Shown: positions 47,219 through 59,003, counted from the stretch's first letter. The stretch is 64,000 nt of DNA from Verrucomicrobiia bacterium (GCA_963664225.1 OY760937.1:416001-480000), one strand, 5' to 3'. Notes: generated by a model not told the origin, from the letters alone. Numbers and translations are program-made.

Positions 47219-48502
47219 TTATAGAAGGATGTCCTCTTTGGTAAAGTCGAACTGCGCCACCTTTTTGTGCAACAGGCTGAGCATGGCCATGTTCAGCGCG
47301 ACCTGCACCTGATAGCCAAACTCGACGTCGCTGGCTGGTTTTTCACGCGTGCGCACACAGTGGATGAAGTTTTTCCAGTGCGGATAGGTGGCGTCCATTT
47401 TCCCGGCGGGGATCACCTGTTTTTCCCCCTTGAAAGGAATTACCGTCACGCTGTCGAATCCGACATTCCACTCGCCAGGATTCTGAAGGGTGATGGTGCC
47501 TTCGTCACCGCGGATGGCCGGTTCGGTCGAATAGTCGTTGGCCAGGGTGTTGACGATCACGATGGAAAGTTTCTCCGGGTAATCCAGGCACATGTTGAAA
47601 GTGTCGGGCACCTCGCGGTCATAGGTGGTGTATTTGAAAATGCCGCCAGACGCCACCGCGAGCGCCGGAAATTTGAGGCCCAGCGCGCTGACGAACGGGG
47701 TGAACACATGAGGGAACAAGTCCGTGCAAGGTCCGCCGGCGTAGTCCAGGTATTTTCTCCAACTGAAATACCGGTCCACAGTGAATGGAACCTTAGGGGC
47801 ATCGCCCAGAAAGGCCTCCCAATCCAATTCAGGCCCGGGTTTGACGTTTTTATCGGGAATGGGCATGCGTTCACCCCAATCGCCGAGGCGATAGAACCCG
47901 GCCTGGACCAGCTGCACTCTGCCGATGGCCCCTTTTTTAACCAGCTCGCCCACCTTCCTCCAGGCGGGGCTCGAGTTGCCCTGGTTGCCGATTTGCACAA
48001 TCCGCTCCAATTTTTTGGTCTCCAGGTAGAACTGTTTGCTCAGGGCCGTTTGCGACCAGTGGCCCATCGGTTTCTCGCAATAGACGTCCTTGCCCGCGTG
48101 AATGGCATCCAGGGCCTGTGGCACATGGAGCCGGTCGGGTGTCGCGATACAAACGATGTCCACGTCCTTGGACGCAAGCAACTCCTGGTGTTTTGCATGC
48201 GGCCTGGCTCCCGTCTGGCGGGCGGCTTCCTGGAGACGAAAATCATAGGCGTCGTTGACGGCGACGATCTGCAAATTCTCTCCGTCCTGTATCAGGCGCT
48301 TGACGGTGGCGACATGGCTTGAGCCGCGTCCGCCGACGCCGATAAAGCCGACCCCGAGGCGTTCATTGGCCCCCAGCACACGGTTTGAAACAAAAGGAAA
48401 CGCGCTGATGGTGCCGACCGCCGCCGTTGCCCGCGTGGCTGTTTTCATGAATTGGCGGCGATTGATCGGATTCTCGTTTTTAATGGATGTTGAATCTTTC
48501 AT
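47219..48502 (-). CDS. Tat-exported Gfo/Idh/MocA oxidoreductase
   Basis: NRRQFMK Tat motif; IGVGGRG, IATPDRLH and GKDVYCEKP motifs. Confidence 0.92.
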   Translation of the reverse strand: MKDSTSIKNENPINRRQFMKTATRATAAVGTISAFPFVSNRVLGANERLGVGFIGVGGRGSSHVATVKRLIQDGENLQIVAVNDAYDFRLQEAARQTGARPHAKHQELLASKDVDIVCIATPDRLHVPQALDAIHAGKDVYCEKPMGHWSQTALSKQFYLETKKLERIVQIGNQGNSSPAWRKVGELVKKGAIGRVQLVQAGFYRLGDWGERMPIPDKNVKPGPELDWEAFLGDAPKVPFTVDRYFSWRKYLDYAGGPCTDLFPHVFTPFVSALGLKFPALAVASGGIFKYTTYDREVPDTFNMCLDYPEKLSIVIVNTLANDYSTEPAIRGDEGTITLQNPGEWNVGFDSVTVIPFKGEKQVIPAGKMDATYPHWKNFIHCVRTREKPASDVEFGYQVQVALNMAMLSLLHKKVAQFDFTKEDILL

Positions 48503-48572
48503 AACTTGGCAGTCTGTCTAAAGTTCAATTCCAGATCTGTGAATGGCACGCCCGGGCCCATCGCCCCATGAA

Positions 48573-48663
48573 CTTTCATCCTACGGTTTAATGTGGCATT
48601 GGCGCTTTTGGAACAGTCCAACCCTACTCTGGCGGCAATGTGTTTCAATGACAATGTCGCTGT
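48573..48663 (-). pseudogene. Second copy of the short transposase-tail-like remnant
   Basis: Translates TATLSLKHIAARVGLDCSKSANATLNRRMK; similar to 26611-26701. Confidence 0.45.
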
Positions 48664-49035
48664 AATGAAGAAAGGGGGAGGTCTCCGACAAAGCCGGTCT
48701 CGGCCTGACGGTCCTGAAAATCTGCATTCAAGCCCGCGCGGGCACGGTCAGTTGCCGCGATCGACAACCCTCAGGCTTCTAGTTTTCCCGCGAACTTATC
48801 CGCAGTTTGGAAAGCCGTCGCAAAAGACAAATCAGTCGCTTGAGTTTCAAGAAGAACGTGGCAATCTCCACGGTAAATATGTCGAGTATGACGCCAGTTG
48901 TTTTGTTTGCTAATGATCGTTCCGATCATCCAAGGGCAAATGAACTGGCAGTGAAAACAGCGTTTTATGTTTTTTTTGGGGGGACGGTGCCAAACAGCAC
49001 GCCCAGTTTACCATAATTCGCAAACTACTTGAAGA

Positions 49036-49791
49036 ATGAGCATAATGTCCAATGCATCCGAGAAGATATCGCCGGGGACTCTGATTATGAGTGTCCTCCG
49101 GGGGACCGCGTCTGGCATTGTGGAAATCGTACGCCGTCATTCGCGGACTTACGTTGCGCAGCGGCGTCATCCCGGCGTGATGTTCGCTCCCGGCTCAACT
49201 GCCGACTGCCACTGTAGCTTTGAGTCGCCGATCCGGATCTGGCACGGCACGATGCTAAGCTATGTAAACATGGGACGGCACGGCATCTGTGCGTTCAATT
49301 GCAAAATCAATCATTGCACCATTGGACGATTCTGTTCCATCGGTTCAGAGGTGTTGATTGGCCTGAGTATGCATCCCACAGATTGCGTCTCCACCTATCC
49401 AGGCTTTTATTCCGCCACAGCTCCCAATGGAAACTTCTGCGTTAACCCCCAAATAGCCGAATATCGGCCTGTTGTCATTGGTCACGATGTCTGGATTGGC
49501 CAGAACGCCATAGTGATGGGCGGTGTCACCATCGGCGACGGTGCGATAGTTGCAGCGGGTGCTGTCGTGACCAAAGATGTGCCGCCTTATGCCATCGTGG
49601 GAGGGGTTCCCGCCCGTCTCATACGCATGCGTTTCGCTGACGACATCATTTCGCAATTGTGCGCCTTGCAGTGGTGGAACTGGGAAGACGAACTGATTCA
49701 CGAGATGGCGGAATATTTCGTCAACCCGCCCTTGCTCCTGCAAAAAGTTCAGGAGCGGAAGAGCTCAATGCATGCACAGGGCAAAAAATAG
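49036..49791 (+). CDS. CatB/Vat-related hexapeptide O-acetyltransferase
   Basis: [37 protein letters not shown] and QWWNW motifs. Confidence 0.9.
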   Translation: MSIMSNASEKISPGTLIMSVLRGTASGIVEIVRRHSRTYVAQRRHPGVMFAPGSTADCHCSFESPIRIWHGTMLSYVNMGRHGICAFNCKINHCTIGRFCSIGSEVLIGLSMHPTDCVSTYPGFYSATAPNGNFCVNPQIAEYRPVVIGHDVWIGQNAIVMGGVTIGDGAIVAAGAVVTKDVPPYAIVGGVPARLIRMRFADDIISQLCALQWWNWEDELIHEMAEYFVNPPLLLQKVQERKSSMHAQGKK

Positions 49792-49797
49792 GTTAGC

Positions 49798-50835
49798 ATG
49801 GCATCCACATCACCAGGCGCAGGGAGTTCTGATTCTTCGGACACGTCGCGTTCTGATAAAGGCTCGCAGTTGGACAATAGAGATCATCACGAGGCCGCCA
49901 GGGATTCACGCATGCTGATTACCGTGGCCATTTGCACCTATCGCCGACCTGACCGCGTGGATTGCGCTCTGGCCAGCCTGTGTCGCCAGACCCCGCGCCT
50001 TCCGGATTGGGAAATCCTGGTGGTGGAGAACGATACAGAGCCTGGTACCGCGATGGCGGCGGTGTGCCAAAAATACATGTCGCAACTCCCCCTGCGGCAC
50101 GTTGTCGAGACCACCATTGGCGTCGCTCATGCGCGCAACACCTCCGTGCGCGAGGCTCGTGGCGAGTATGTGGCGTGTCTGGATGATGACGCGGAGGCCG
50201 ACCCGGGCTGGCTGGCGCTGCTGGCAGATTGCTGCAGGGAGTATGAACCTGATTTTTGTGGAGGTCCGAGCTATCCGCTGTATCGCGTCCCAAAACCCTC
50301 CTGGTTTCTGGACGCCTACGGCACGGCCAATTTCTATGGCGATCAGCCCCGATGGCTGGTGCAGGGTGAATGGATGGCCAGCATGAATCTGGTTCTGAAG
50401 CGCTCTCTCTGCGGGCAGATTGGAGAATTCAATACAGAATTGGGCATGATCGGGAGCAAGACCGCGTATGGCGAGGAAACGGAGTTGATGATGCGCGCCT
50501 GGGCCGCAAATCCACAGCTCAAGGTCCGGTATCTGCCTCAAGCCAGCGTGCTGCACGAGGTGCGCCCGGAAAAAATGACCATCCGCTGGAAGTTGAACTC
50601 AGCATGGGCTGGTGGCAAATCCGCAGTCACTGTTTATCCAATCACCCGCACAAGGGCCACACTCGGACTCCTGGCCAGCGCCTTGAGATTGGTCATCGCA
50701 ATCGCCAGGGCGGCGCCCTGTTTTCGGCGGGACGAATCCCAACGCTTGCGCTGGCAGCAATGGTTGTTTGAGAGCTTCCGCGTCTGGCTTTGGAACTTTT
50801 CACGCAGTCTGCATGCGATTTTCGGAAGGCGATGA
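49798..50835 (+). CDS. GT2-family glycosyltransferase
   Basis: VAICTYRR, ARN, LDDD and YGEETE motifs; true start may be ATG 49912. Confidence 0.9.
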   Translation: MASTSPGAGSSDSSDTSRSDKGSQLDNRDHHEAARDSRMLITVAICTYRRPDRVDCALASLCRQTPRLPDWEILVVENDTEPGTAMAAVCQKYMSQLPLRHVVETTIGVAHARNTSVREARGEYVACLDDDAEADPGWLALLADCCREYEPDFCGGPSYPLYRVPKPSWFLDAYGTANFYGDQPRWLVQGEWMASMNLVLKRSLCGQIGEFNTELGMIGSKTAYGEETELMMRAWAANPQLKVRYLPQASVLHEVRPEKMTIRWKLNSAWAGGKSAVTVYPITRTRATLGLLASALRLVIAIARAAPCFRRDESQRLRWQQWLFESFRVWLWNFSRSLHAIFGRR

Positions 50836-50915
50836 CTGTGCCAGACATCACCGATGGATCAGAACTCGCGCGATATTCTACGATAGCAAGCGGATGAAGA
50901 CGGCGAAGTGCTTTT

Positions 50916-52568
50916 TTATAGCCGCGCGGTGTCTGGTGTGACAGGAGCTGGATTGTCGAGCCTCGTCTGCAATGGCTTTGTCGTTGGCGGCAGGTTCTCG
51001 GAAATGAAGCCCGCCACGTCAAAAAAATGCCGTTCCACCTCTGGGAGTCGCTCTGCCGGCCAGTTCCACCACGCAATCTCCATGAGTTTGCGGATGATTT
51101 CTTCAGAAAAACGGTAACGCTCGATCCGCATTGGGCATCCGGCGACGATCGCGTAGGGCGGGACATTTTCTGACACCACACAACCGGCGCCTATGACCGC
51201 TCCGTCGCCCACAGTGACGCCGTCCAGGATGGTGACATTCATGCCAATGAAGACGTCGTTGCCAATGGTTACCGGTTTCCGCTCCTGCACTTTGTTCAGG
51301 CGGCTGAGGGAAAAACCATTTTGCCTGAGCGTGGAATAGAACATGGGGGAGGTGGAAACACCATCGACAGGTGCCAATCCCGAACCGCAGCAAAAATCCG
51401 GGCCTATGGAGCAGAACTTCCCAATCCGCGCCTGAGAGACCCATGAATTTCTGGCCAGACAGGAGTAATCCCCGATCATTGATTCACTGATGTGATGGGG
51501 CGGATACACTTTGGCTGTGGCTGCCACAGTTGTGCCACGAAGGCTGTTTGGGATGACGCCGAATTCCGGGCGCGTTTGATCAAGGATGTTCAGCTCGGGA
51601 TGGAAGTAACTCAATACCCGACGTGCGGACGAACGAAACGGACGGAATAAAAATTCCAACTTCCGCCGTACAACTCCCATGAACCAGGCTGCATTCATAA
51701 CTCTGAGTCCTCGGCAGCCTTTCCTCCAAATAAGGTCGATCTCCTTGCGCAGTCTCAGGTCTTCCTGCACCGGCTGCTTCCTGACCTCCAGATATTCAAC
51801 CGTTTCCCCATTGTAGAAAGGAGCAGGCGAATGCACGCCCGTGCCGTCGTGTCCGATGTTGGTCAGCAGCGACTTGCTGGGAAAGAGAGAGTAGCCGCCG
51901 GCAGTGAGCCAGGAGGCATACCAACGAACGGCCCAAGTGTAGATCCTGCCCTCTTTGTTATTGATCAGTTGCTGGTAAAAGGTGGCGCCACCGTCGATGT
52001 CGAATTGACGCGGCGCTATGCCCTGATCCCCGAGCCGCTGAATCAGCACATCAACATTGTGATCATAATGGTCCCAGGCTCTCTTCCAAGTCCCCCAACC
52101 ATTGCAGGAAAGCACGCGCAGAAACGCGGTTGAACTTTGTGTTGTATTGGGTGTTCCGAAAATCATGGCGCTGACATGCATCACCTTGGGATCGTCGGCA
52201 TAGATTTCAAGGGCCTCGTTCATGAACCGGAGGAAACCCTTTCGCGTGACAATATCGTCTTCAAGCACGATCACCCGTCCGTGCCGATTCACGACATCGG
52301 TAACCCCCGAAACTATGGAGTCGGCCAGCCCTTTGTTAAATTCCGACTCGATAACGATGACCTCTTTGCACCATCGCCGGCTGCGGATGACCTCGCGCAA
52401 CTGGGCGATCTTTCGAAGATTCTCCGCCGAGGCGTTGCACTTTGGCCCGTCGGCATAAATGTAGAGTGTGGACTGGTCAGCCAGGTCGTTGGAAGCCAGG
52501 GCCTCCAAAGTCCGCCGGGCGTGGTCCGGGCGGTTATACACAAATACTATTATTGGAGCGAAGTTCAT
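50916..52568 (-). CDS. GT-A glycosyltransferase fused to a CatB-like acetyltransferase domain
   Basis: FVYNRPDH, VLEDD and GWGTW, then IGKFCSIG, IGNDVFIG, VPPYAIVAG and IAWWNW. Confidence 0.88.
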   Translation of the reverse strand: MNFAPIIVFVYNRPDHARRTLEALASNDLADQSTLYIYADGPKCNASAENLRKIAQLREVIRSRRWCKEVIVIESEFNKGLADSIVSGVTDVVNRHGRVIVLEDDIVTRKGFLRFMNEALEIYADDPKVMHVSAMIFGTPNTTQSSTAFLRVLSCNGWGTWKRAWDHYDHNVDVLIQRLGDQGIAPRQFDIDGGATFYQQLINNKEGRIYTWAVRWYASWLTAGGYSLFPSKSLLTNIGHDGTGVHSPAPFYNGETVEYLEVRKQPVQEDLRLRKEIDLIWRKGCRGLRVMNAAWFMGVVRRKLEFLFRPFRSSARRVLSYFHPELNILDQTRPEFGVIPNSLRGTTVAATAKVYPPHHISESMIGDYSCLARNSWVSQARIGKFCSIGPDFCCGSGLAPVDGVSTSPMFYSTLRQNGFSLSRLNKVQERKPVTIGNDVFIGMNVTILDGVTVGDGAVIGAGCVVSENVPPYAIVAGCPMRIERYRFSEEIIRKLMEIAWWNWPAERLPEVERHFFDVAGFISENLPPTTKPLQTRLDNPAPVTPDTARL

Positions 52569-52952
52569 TGAGAACCTGTTTTAAACTCAACTCTGCACTT
52601 TGCGACAATGATGATTTGTGCCTCGTGCGCGGCACCAGGGTCGCCGAAGCCCTGACAGGCCTGGCCATGCCCTGTCCGATACTCTGTCGCCGGGTCAAAC
52701 ATTAGTTTTTAAAACGGGCACTAATCATAACACTGGATGAGTATTATTCATTCCATTCATCGGGGGCAAGGCGCGAATCCATGTCAGGACGAAGTTCCGA
52801 TACGCGAAAAGGACCTGCTTTTGTCCACCTTTCCACAACGCATTAAAACACGCTCCCGGAAAAAGGCGTTTTTTTGCCTCCCCGGGCCATCGGCGGAGAA
52901 AGGGATTGGATAAATTCTTCAAAGCGGGTATTTCCTTCGTCTGTCTGAACGA

Positions 52953-53414
52953 ATGAATACATCCGAAGTCACTGACAATCTGGAATCCGCGCTGGTGCGC
53001 ATTGGCCCGTCGGGCATTGAAGGCACCGGCGGATTTGCCCATGCGCCGATTTCCAAGGGAACGCGCGTCATCGAGTATAAAGGGGAAAGAATTTCCAAGG
53101 CCGAGTCGTTGGTGCGCTGCGAGGCCAGTAATCCTTACATCTTCAATCTGGACGGCGAGACCGATCTGGATGGAAACGTGGAATGGAATCCGGCGCGTTT
53201 TCTTAACCATAGTTGCGATCCCAATTGCGATGCGGAGTTGATCGAGGATCACATCTGGATCGTGGCCAAACGGGACATTGCGGAAGGCGAGGAAATCACA
53301 TTCGACTACGGCTATGACTGGGAGGATTACAAGGATCATCCCTGCGATTGCGGCGCAGCCAATTGCTTCGGATTCATCGTGTCCGCTGACTTGAGAATAC
53401 CGAAGAAACTGTAA
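52953..53414 (+). CDS. SET-domain protein-lysine methyltransferase with post-SET zinc motif
   Basis: [28 protein letters not shown] and CDCGAANC motifs. Confidence 0.92.
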   Translation: MNTSEVTDNLESALVRIGPSGIEGTGGFAHAPISKGTRVIEYKGERISKAESLVRCEASNPYIFNLDGETDLDGNVEWNPARFLNHSCDPNCDAELIEDHIWIVAKRDIAEGEEITFDYGYDWEDYKDHPCDCGAANCFGFIVSADLRIPKKL

Positions 53415-55972
53415 TGGACCATCCCCTGTATCGTTTATTGCCCAAGGGCGACCGCGTCACCAACGACGATTTGCTGGACCGTTTTCTGGAATTTGTGCGC
53501 GAGCGCGGCCTGGAGCTTTACCCCGCGCAGGAGGAGGCCATACTGGCCTTGTTCGACGAGCAGAACGTCATTCTAGGCACGCCCACCGGTTCCGGCAAAT
53601 CGCTCGTGGCCACAGCCCTGCATTTCAAGGCGCTGGCCCAGGGGCGGCGCTCGGTTTACACCTGTCCAATCAAGGCGCTGGTGAACGAGAAGTTTCTGGC
53701 ATTGTGCCGCGATTTCGGTCCGGACCAGGTGGGGATGAGCACCGGGGATGCGACGGTGAATCGCGACGCGCCGATCCTGTGCTGCACGGCGGAAATTCTC
53801 GCAAACATCGCAATGCGCGAGGGACCGCGCGCGGATGTGCGCGAAGTGATCATGGATGAATTTCATTATTACGCGGATCGCGAACGCGGTGTGGCCTGGC
53901 AGGTGCCGTTGCTCACCCTGCCGCAGGCCCGGTTTTTATTGATGTCCGCGACCCTTGGCGACACCACATTTTTCGAGAAGGAACTCACGCGCTTGAATCG
54001 TCGGCCCACGGTGTCCGTGCAGTCGGAAACGCGCCCGGTGCCGCTCGCGTATCAGTATTCGGAAACGCCCCTGGACAAGACCCTGGAGGAGCTGGTTCAG
54101 GAGAACAAGGCGCCGGTTTATATCGTTCATTTCACCCAGATCGATAGTGCCGAGTCGGCGCAGAATCTCCTGAGTCTGAACTTTTGCACGCGGGAGGAGA
54201 AGGCGGCCATCGCTTCCGAATTGGAGGGAATCAAGTTCAGCAGTCCATACGGGCCGGAAATACGCAAATTTCTCAAGCACGGCGTGGGACTGCATCACGC
54301 GGGCCTTCTGCCCAAGTACCGCGTGCTGGTGGAACAACTGGCGCGCAAGGGTCTGTTGAAGGTGATTTGTGGCACGGACACGCTGGGCGTGGGCATTAAC
54401 GTCCCATTGCGCACCGTTCTTTTTACGCGTCTCTGCAAATTCGATGGTCAGAAAACGGGCATTCTCACCGCGCGCGATTTTCACCAGATCAGCGGTCGCG
54501 CCGGGCGCAAGGGTTTCGATGACAAGGGCTGGGTGGTCGTTCAGGCCCCCGAGCATGTGATTGAGAATCTTCAGATGGAGCAGAAATGCGCGGGCGACGC
54601 GAAAAAACTGCGAAAGTTCGTCAAGCGCAAGCCGCCGGAAAAGGGGTTCATCGTTTGGAACAAGGACACGTTCAAGAAATTGGTGACCTCCAAACCCGAG
54701 CAACTGGTTTCCCGATTTCAAGTAACCCACGGCATGTTGTTGAACGTGCTCAGCAGGGAAGGGGATGGCTGCCGCGCGTTGCGTGAGCTGATCCAGGATT
54801 GCCATGATTCCCCAAACGCGAAAAGGGCCCATGGCAAGCGGGCCTGGCAACTGTTCCGCTCGTTGCTGGATCGGAAGATCATCGAGTTCGCGCCGCCGTC
54901 GGACACCGGATCGTACTTGCGCGTGAATGTGGCCTTGCAGGACGATTTTTCGCTGGATCAAACGCTTTCGTTGTATGCGCTGGACACCCTGCAATTGATC
55001 GATCCGGCAACGCCGGACTATGCGCTGGACCTGTTGACCGTGGTGGAATCGATCCAGGAAAATCCGGACATCATTTTGCGCAGGCAGCTTGACCGGGTGA
55101 AGGACGAGAAGATGGCCGAAATGAAGGCGCAGGGCCTGGAATACGACAAGCGCATGGCGGAACTGGAGCTGCTCGAGTATCCCAAGCCGCTGCGCGAATT
55201 CATCTACAGCACCTTCAACGCGTTTTCAGACAAGCATCCCTGGGTGGGGCAGGAGAACATCCGTCCCAAATCCATTGCGCGGGAGATGTTCGAGAACTTC
55301 ATGTCGTTCGCCGATTACATCCGGTCGTATGAATTGCAGCGGGCCGAGGGCGTGCTGTTGCGCTATCTGACATCGGTTTACAAAACGCTCTCCCAAAATG
55401 TTCCCGACTCCGTGAAGAACGACACGGTGCTCGAAATGGAGACTTACTTTGGCACCATGATCCGGGCCGTGGATTCCAGCCTGCTGGACGAGTGGGAGAA
55501 AATGCGCAATCCCAATTATGTGGCGCGTGAAGGCTCGACGGAATTGAAGCCCGGCGGCGATGACGCGGAGGACATCACGCGCAATCGCAAGGCATTTGGG
55601 GCGCTGGTGCGCACGGAGATCTTTCGAGTGTTGCGGGCGCTGGCCAATGACGATTACGAGGTGGCCATCGAACTCCTGAATGTGCCCAATGACGCAACCG
55701 GTACGCCCTGGTCACCGGAGTCGTTTGAAGGGCGGATGAAGGCCTACCACGAACAGCATCAGCACATTTTGCTCAATCCAGAGGCGCGCAACATCCGGCA
55801 CACTTACATCAAACCGTCGGACGACCATTCGAGCTGGCAGGTGCAGCAAATCCTCGTGGATCCGGAGGCCCACAACGACTGGATCCTGGATTTTAACGTG
55901 GACCTGGCACGATCCCGGGAATTGAAAAAGCCCCTGCTTCAGCTCAATCGCATTGGGCCGGTTGGCGGCTGA
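53414..55972 (+). CDS. Ski2-like DExH RNA helicase with DUF3516-type C-terminus
   Basis: [37 protein letters not shown] and [10 protein letters not shown] motifs. Confidence 0.9.
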   Translation: MDHPLYRLLPKGDRVTNDDLLDRFLEFVRERGLELYPAQEEAILALFDEQNVILGTPTGSGKSLVATALHFKALAQGRRSVYTCPIKALVNEKFLALCRDFGPDQVGMSTGDATVNRDAPILCCTAEILANIAMREGPRADVREVIMDEFHYYADRERGVAWQVPLLTLPQARFLLMSATLGDTTFFEKELTRLNRRPTVSVQSETRPVPLAYQYSETPLDKTLEELVQENKAPVYIVHFTQIDSAESAQNLLSLNFCTREEKAAIASELEGIKFSSPYGPEIRKFLKHGVGLHHAGLLPKYRVLVEQLARKGLLKVICGTDTLGVGINVPLRTVLFTRLCKFDGQKTGILTARDFHQISGRAGRKGFDDKGWVVVQAPEHVIENLQMEQKCAGDAKKLRKFVKRKPPEKGFIVWNKDTFKKLVTSKPEQLVSRFQVTHGMLLNVLSREGDGCRALRELIQDCHDSPNAKRAHGKRAWQLFRSLLDRKIIEFAPPSDTGSYLRVNVALQDDFSLDQTLSLYALDTLQLIDPATPDYALDLLTVVESIQENPDIILRRQLDRVKDEKMAEMKAQGLEYDKRMAELELLEYPKPLREFIYSTFNAFSDKHPWVGQENIRPKSIAREMFENFMSFADYIRSYELQRAEGVLLRYLTSVYKTLSQNVPDSVKNDTVLEMETYFGTMIRAVDSSLLDEWEKMRNPNYVAREGSTELKPGGDDAEDITRNRKAFGALVRTEIFRVLRALANDDYEVAIELLNVPNDATGTPWSPESFEGRMKAYHEQHQHILLNPEARNIRHTYIKPSDDHSSWQVQQILVDPEAHNDWILDFNVDLARSRELKKPLLQLNRIGPVGG

Positions 55973-55995
55973 TCCGCGCTGGCGCGCCCACTGGA

Positions 55996-56367
<372 letters not shown>

Positions 56368-57801
56368 TTAATCATTGTAAGCCTTTTCGCCATGTTGCGA
56401 GAGGTCGAGGCCGAGGCTTTCCTCATCCTCATTCACGCGCAAGCCGACCAATGCATCCACAATTTTCAAAATGATCAGCGTGGCGACGGCTGACAGCGCT
56501 ATGGTAAACAATACGCCCTTGAGCTGATTTGCAAACTGGCTCATCCCGCCCGCCAGCGCCACAACCTGGTTGTTCACCTTGAAGGACGTGTCCAGGGCGG
56601 CATTGACATGGCCGCTGGCCAGGAAGCCCAGGAGGAGCATTCCCGTGATGCTTCCCACGCCATGCACACCGAACACATCGAGCGAGTCGTCATAGCCGAA
56701 GGTCGATTTCAATTTGGTGACCGCCGTGTAGCAGACCGCACCGGCCACCAGTCCGATGCAAAAAGCTTCCGGGATTCCCACAAACCCCGAGGCCGGGGTG
56801 ATCGTGGCCAGTCCCGCCACCATGCCGGAAGCGGCGCCCAGCACGCTGGGGCGTCCCTTGGTGATCCATTCCACTCCCGCCCAGCTCAACGCGGCCGCCG
56901 CAGCCGAAAAATGCGTGGCGGCAAAGGCGCTGCTCGCCAAGGCTCCGGCGCTCACGGCGCTTCCCGCATTGAATCCAAACCAGCCCACCCACAACAACCC
57001 CACGCCAATCAGGCTCAAGACCACGTTGTGCGGCGGCATCGGTTCGCCGGGGTAGCCCATGCGTTTTCCCAGGACCATGGCGCAAACCAGGGCGGCCACA
57101 CCCGAGCTGATATGCACCACCGTGCCTCCCGCAAAATCCAGCACCGGGATCGACCCGCCCAACGCCCAGTTGAACATCCCGCCCTTGCCCCAGACCATGT
57201 GCGCCAGCGGAAAATAAACCACCGTGGTCCACAACACCATGAACAGGACGTAGGCGCTGAATTTCATGCGCTCGGCAATCGCGCCGCTGATGAGTGCAGG
57301 GGTGATGATGGCGAACATCATTTGAAAAAGCATGAACGTCTGGTGGGGGACCGTGGCCGCGTAATCCGCATTCGGAGCGGCGCCCACGCCCTTGAGCATG
57401 AAGTATTGGAGGGGATTTCCGAAGAACGCGTTTCCTTCTCCAAAAGCCATGCTGTAGCCATAAACCATCCAGATTGCCGACATGATCGCCATCAGGACCA
57501 GGCTGTGCATCATGGTCGCCAGAACGTTTTTACTCCGCACCAACCCGCCGTAGAACAGGATCAAACCCGGCGCGGTCATCATCAGCACCAGGGCGGCGCT
57601 GGCCAGCATCCAGGCATTATCCCCGGAACTGATCGCCGATGCCGCGGGCATTGCCTTGAGGCTTTGCTCGATTTGCGCCACGCGCTGTTCGAGTGTGGGT
57701 GCCGCGTCTGCCGCGTTCAAACGGGCGGCGCAAAAGGCAAATGTCAGTCCTGCCAGAATCCACGTCGCAAACCATGAATTCAACTTGGTCGGTATGTTCA
57801 T
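56368..57801 (-). CDS. amtB: Ammonium transporter
   Basis: FYGGLVR, FQMMFA, DFAGGTVVH, GWFGFNAGS and DDSLDVFGVHG motifs. Confidence 0.97.
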   Translation of the reverse strand: MNIPTKLNSWFATWILAGLTFAFCAARLNAADAAPTLEQRVAQIEQSLKAMPAASAISSGDNAWMLASAALVLMMTAPGLILFYGGLVRSKNVLATMMHSLVLMAIMSAIWMVYGYSMAFGEGNAFFGNPLQYFMLKGVGAAPNADYAATVPHQTFMLFQMMFAIITPALISGAIAERMKFSAYVLFMVLWTTVVYFPLAHMVWGKGGMFNWALGGSIPVLDFAGGTVVHISSGVAALVCAMVLGKRMGYPGEPMPPHNVVLSLIGVGLLWVGWFGFNAGSAVSAGALASSAFAATHFSAAAAALSWAGVEWITKGRPSVLGAASGMVAGLATITPASGFVGIPEAFCIGLVAGAVCYTAVTKLKSTFGYDDSLDVFGVHGVGSITGMLLLGFLASGHVNAALDTSFKVNNQVVALAGGMSQFANQLKGVLFTIALSAVATLIILKIVDALVGLRVNEDEESLGLDLSQHGEKAYND

Positions 57802-57929
57802 TGGCGGGTGAAATTAGGGATTCTGTCAAAATTCGCAAGTCTCCATTACGCGTTTGAATTGAAGTCTCCGAGTCCAGCGCCATCCCAAAATCTTCAGGCT
57901 CCCGAAGAAGCGCATGACGCGCTGGAAAT

Positions 57930-57959
57930 AAAAAAGCGGAATCCTTCACGGATTCCGCT
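57930..57959 (-). terminator. Intrinsic terminator after the TIM-barrel gene
   Basis: Minus strand AGCGGAATCC-GTGAA-GGATTCCGCT followed by a T-tract. Confidence 0.8.
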
Positions 57960-57982
57960 CGCAAAATGCCTTTTAACACAGC

Positions 57983-58882
57983 TTACCAGGTGACCGTGCT
58001 CAAATAGCGCAGACTCTCGGGTATTTGCACCCTGGAGGACGGGGATTCGTCTTCGATGAAATAGTATTTGATCTTGGCTTTTTTGGCGGCGCTCAGAATG
58101 GCTGGAATATTCATCTGTCCCGCGCCAATGGCCACGTCGTTGCTCACATCGGTGCTGCCAGAGAGGCTGCCCGTTTGCACGCCCTTGCGCATATCCTTGA
58201 GATGCATCAATTCCCAGCGGCGGCCATATTTTTCGAGCAGCTTCACAGGGTCCTGCCCCGGGAAAACCACCCAGAAAATATCCATCTCGAAGCAGACATA
58301 GTGCGGATTGGTCTGCTCCATCATCAGGTCCAGCAGCGTTCCCTGACCCCAGGGGGCAAACTCATAGCCATGCTGGTGATAAAAGAATTTGATCCCGTGA
58401 CTGGTGAGAACCTCGCCCGCGCGGTTGAAGACCGCAATGGCCTCCTGGCATTTTTTGATATCGAATCCGCCATCATGGGGAATCCAGGCGCAACCGACAT
58501 ATTTGAGATGCAGGGCCTTGGCCTCTCGCACCACGCCGTCGATGTCATCCTTGAGCCGGTCATAGGGGAAATGGCCGGAGATGGCCGTCATGTTATGATC
58601 GCCGAGCATCCGGCGAAAACGATCCGGTTTCTCATTGTACGTCCCCGCCAACTCGACCAGATTGAAGCCAAGTTTGTTGGCCAGGGTCATTGTTCCAGGC
58701 ACATCTTTCGAAAACTCGTTCCGCAAACTGTAGAGCTGGAGACCCACCGGCCCCTCGAAATGCATGACTCTGGGGGCCTTTCCGGCCTTTGTGGCCATGA
58801 TGGCCTTTTCAGCACCCAATCCGTCGACGGCGCCGACAGCCAGCGCGCCGCAAAGAACCAATGCGTAAAGGATATGTTTCAT
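57983..58882 (-). CDS. Sugar phosphate isomerase/epimerase (xylose isomerase-like TIM barrel), secreted
   Basis: GLQLYSLR, YHQHGYEF, EMDIFW, HLKD and IEDE motifs. Confidence 0.88.
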   Translation of the reverse strand: MKHILYALVLCGALAVGAVDGLGAEKAIMATKAGKAPRVMHFEGPVGLQLYSLRNEFSKDVPGTMTLANKLGFNLVELAGTYNEKPDRFRRMLGDHNMTAISGHFPYDRLKDDIDGVVREAKALHLKYVGCAWIPHDGGFDIKKCQEAIAVFNRAGEVLTSHGIKFFYHQHGYEFAPWGQGTLLDLMMEQTNPHYVCFEMDIFWVVFPGQDPVKLLEKYGRRWELMHLKDMRKGVQTGSLSGSTDVSNDVAIGAGQMNIPAILSAAKKAKIKYYFIEDESPSSRVQIPESLRYLSTVTW

Positions 58883-59003
58883 AAACTGACTTTAACAAAA
58901 GACATGTGAATGAAAAGCCAATGTTTTTCAGGCGTGCATCGATAAGCCGGCTCCGAGGCGGCAATGAACACCCACAAATACGGACGTCCTTACACCAGCA
59001 CGC

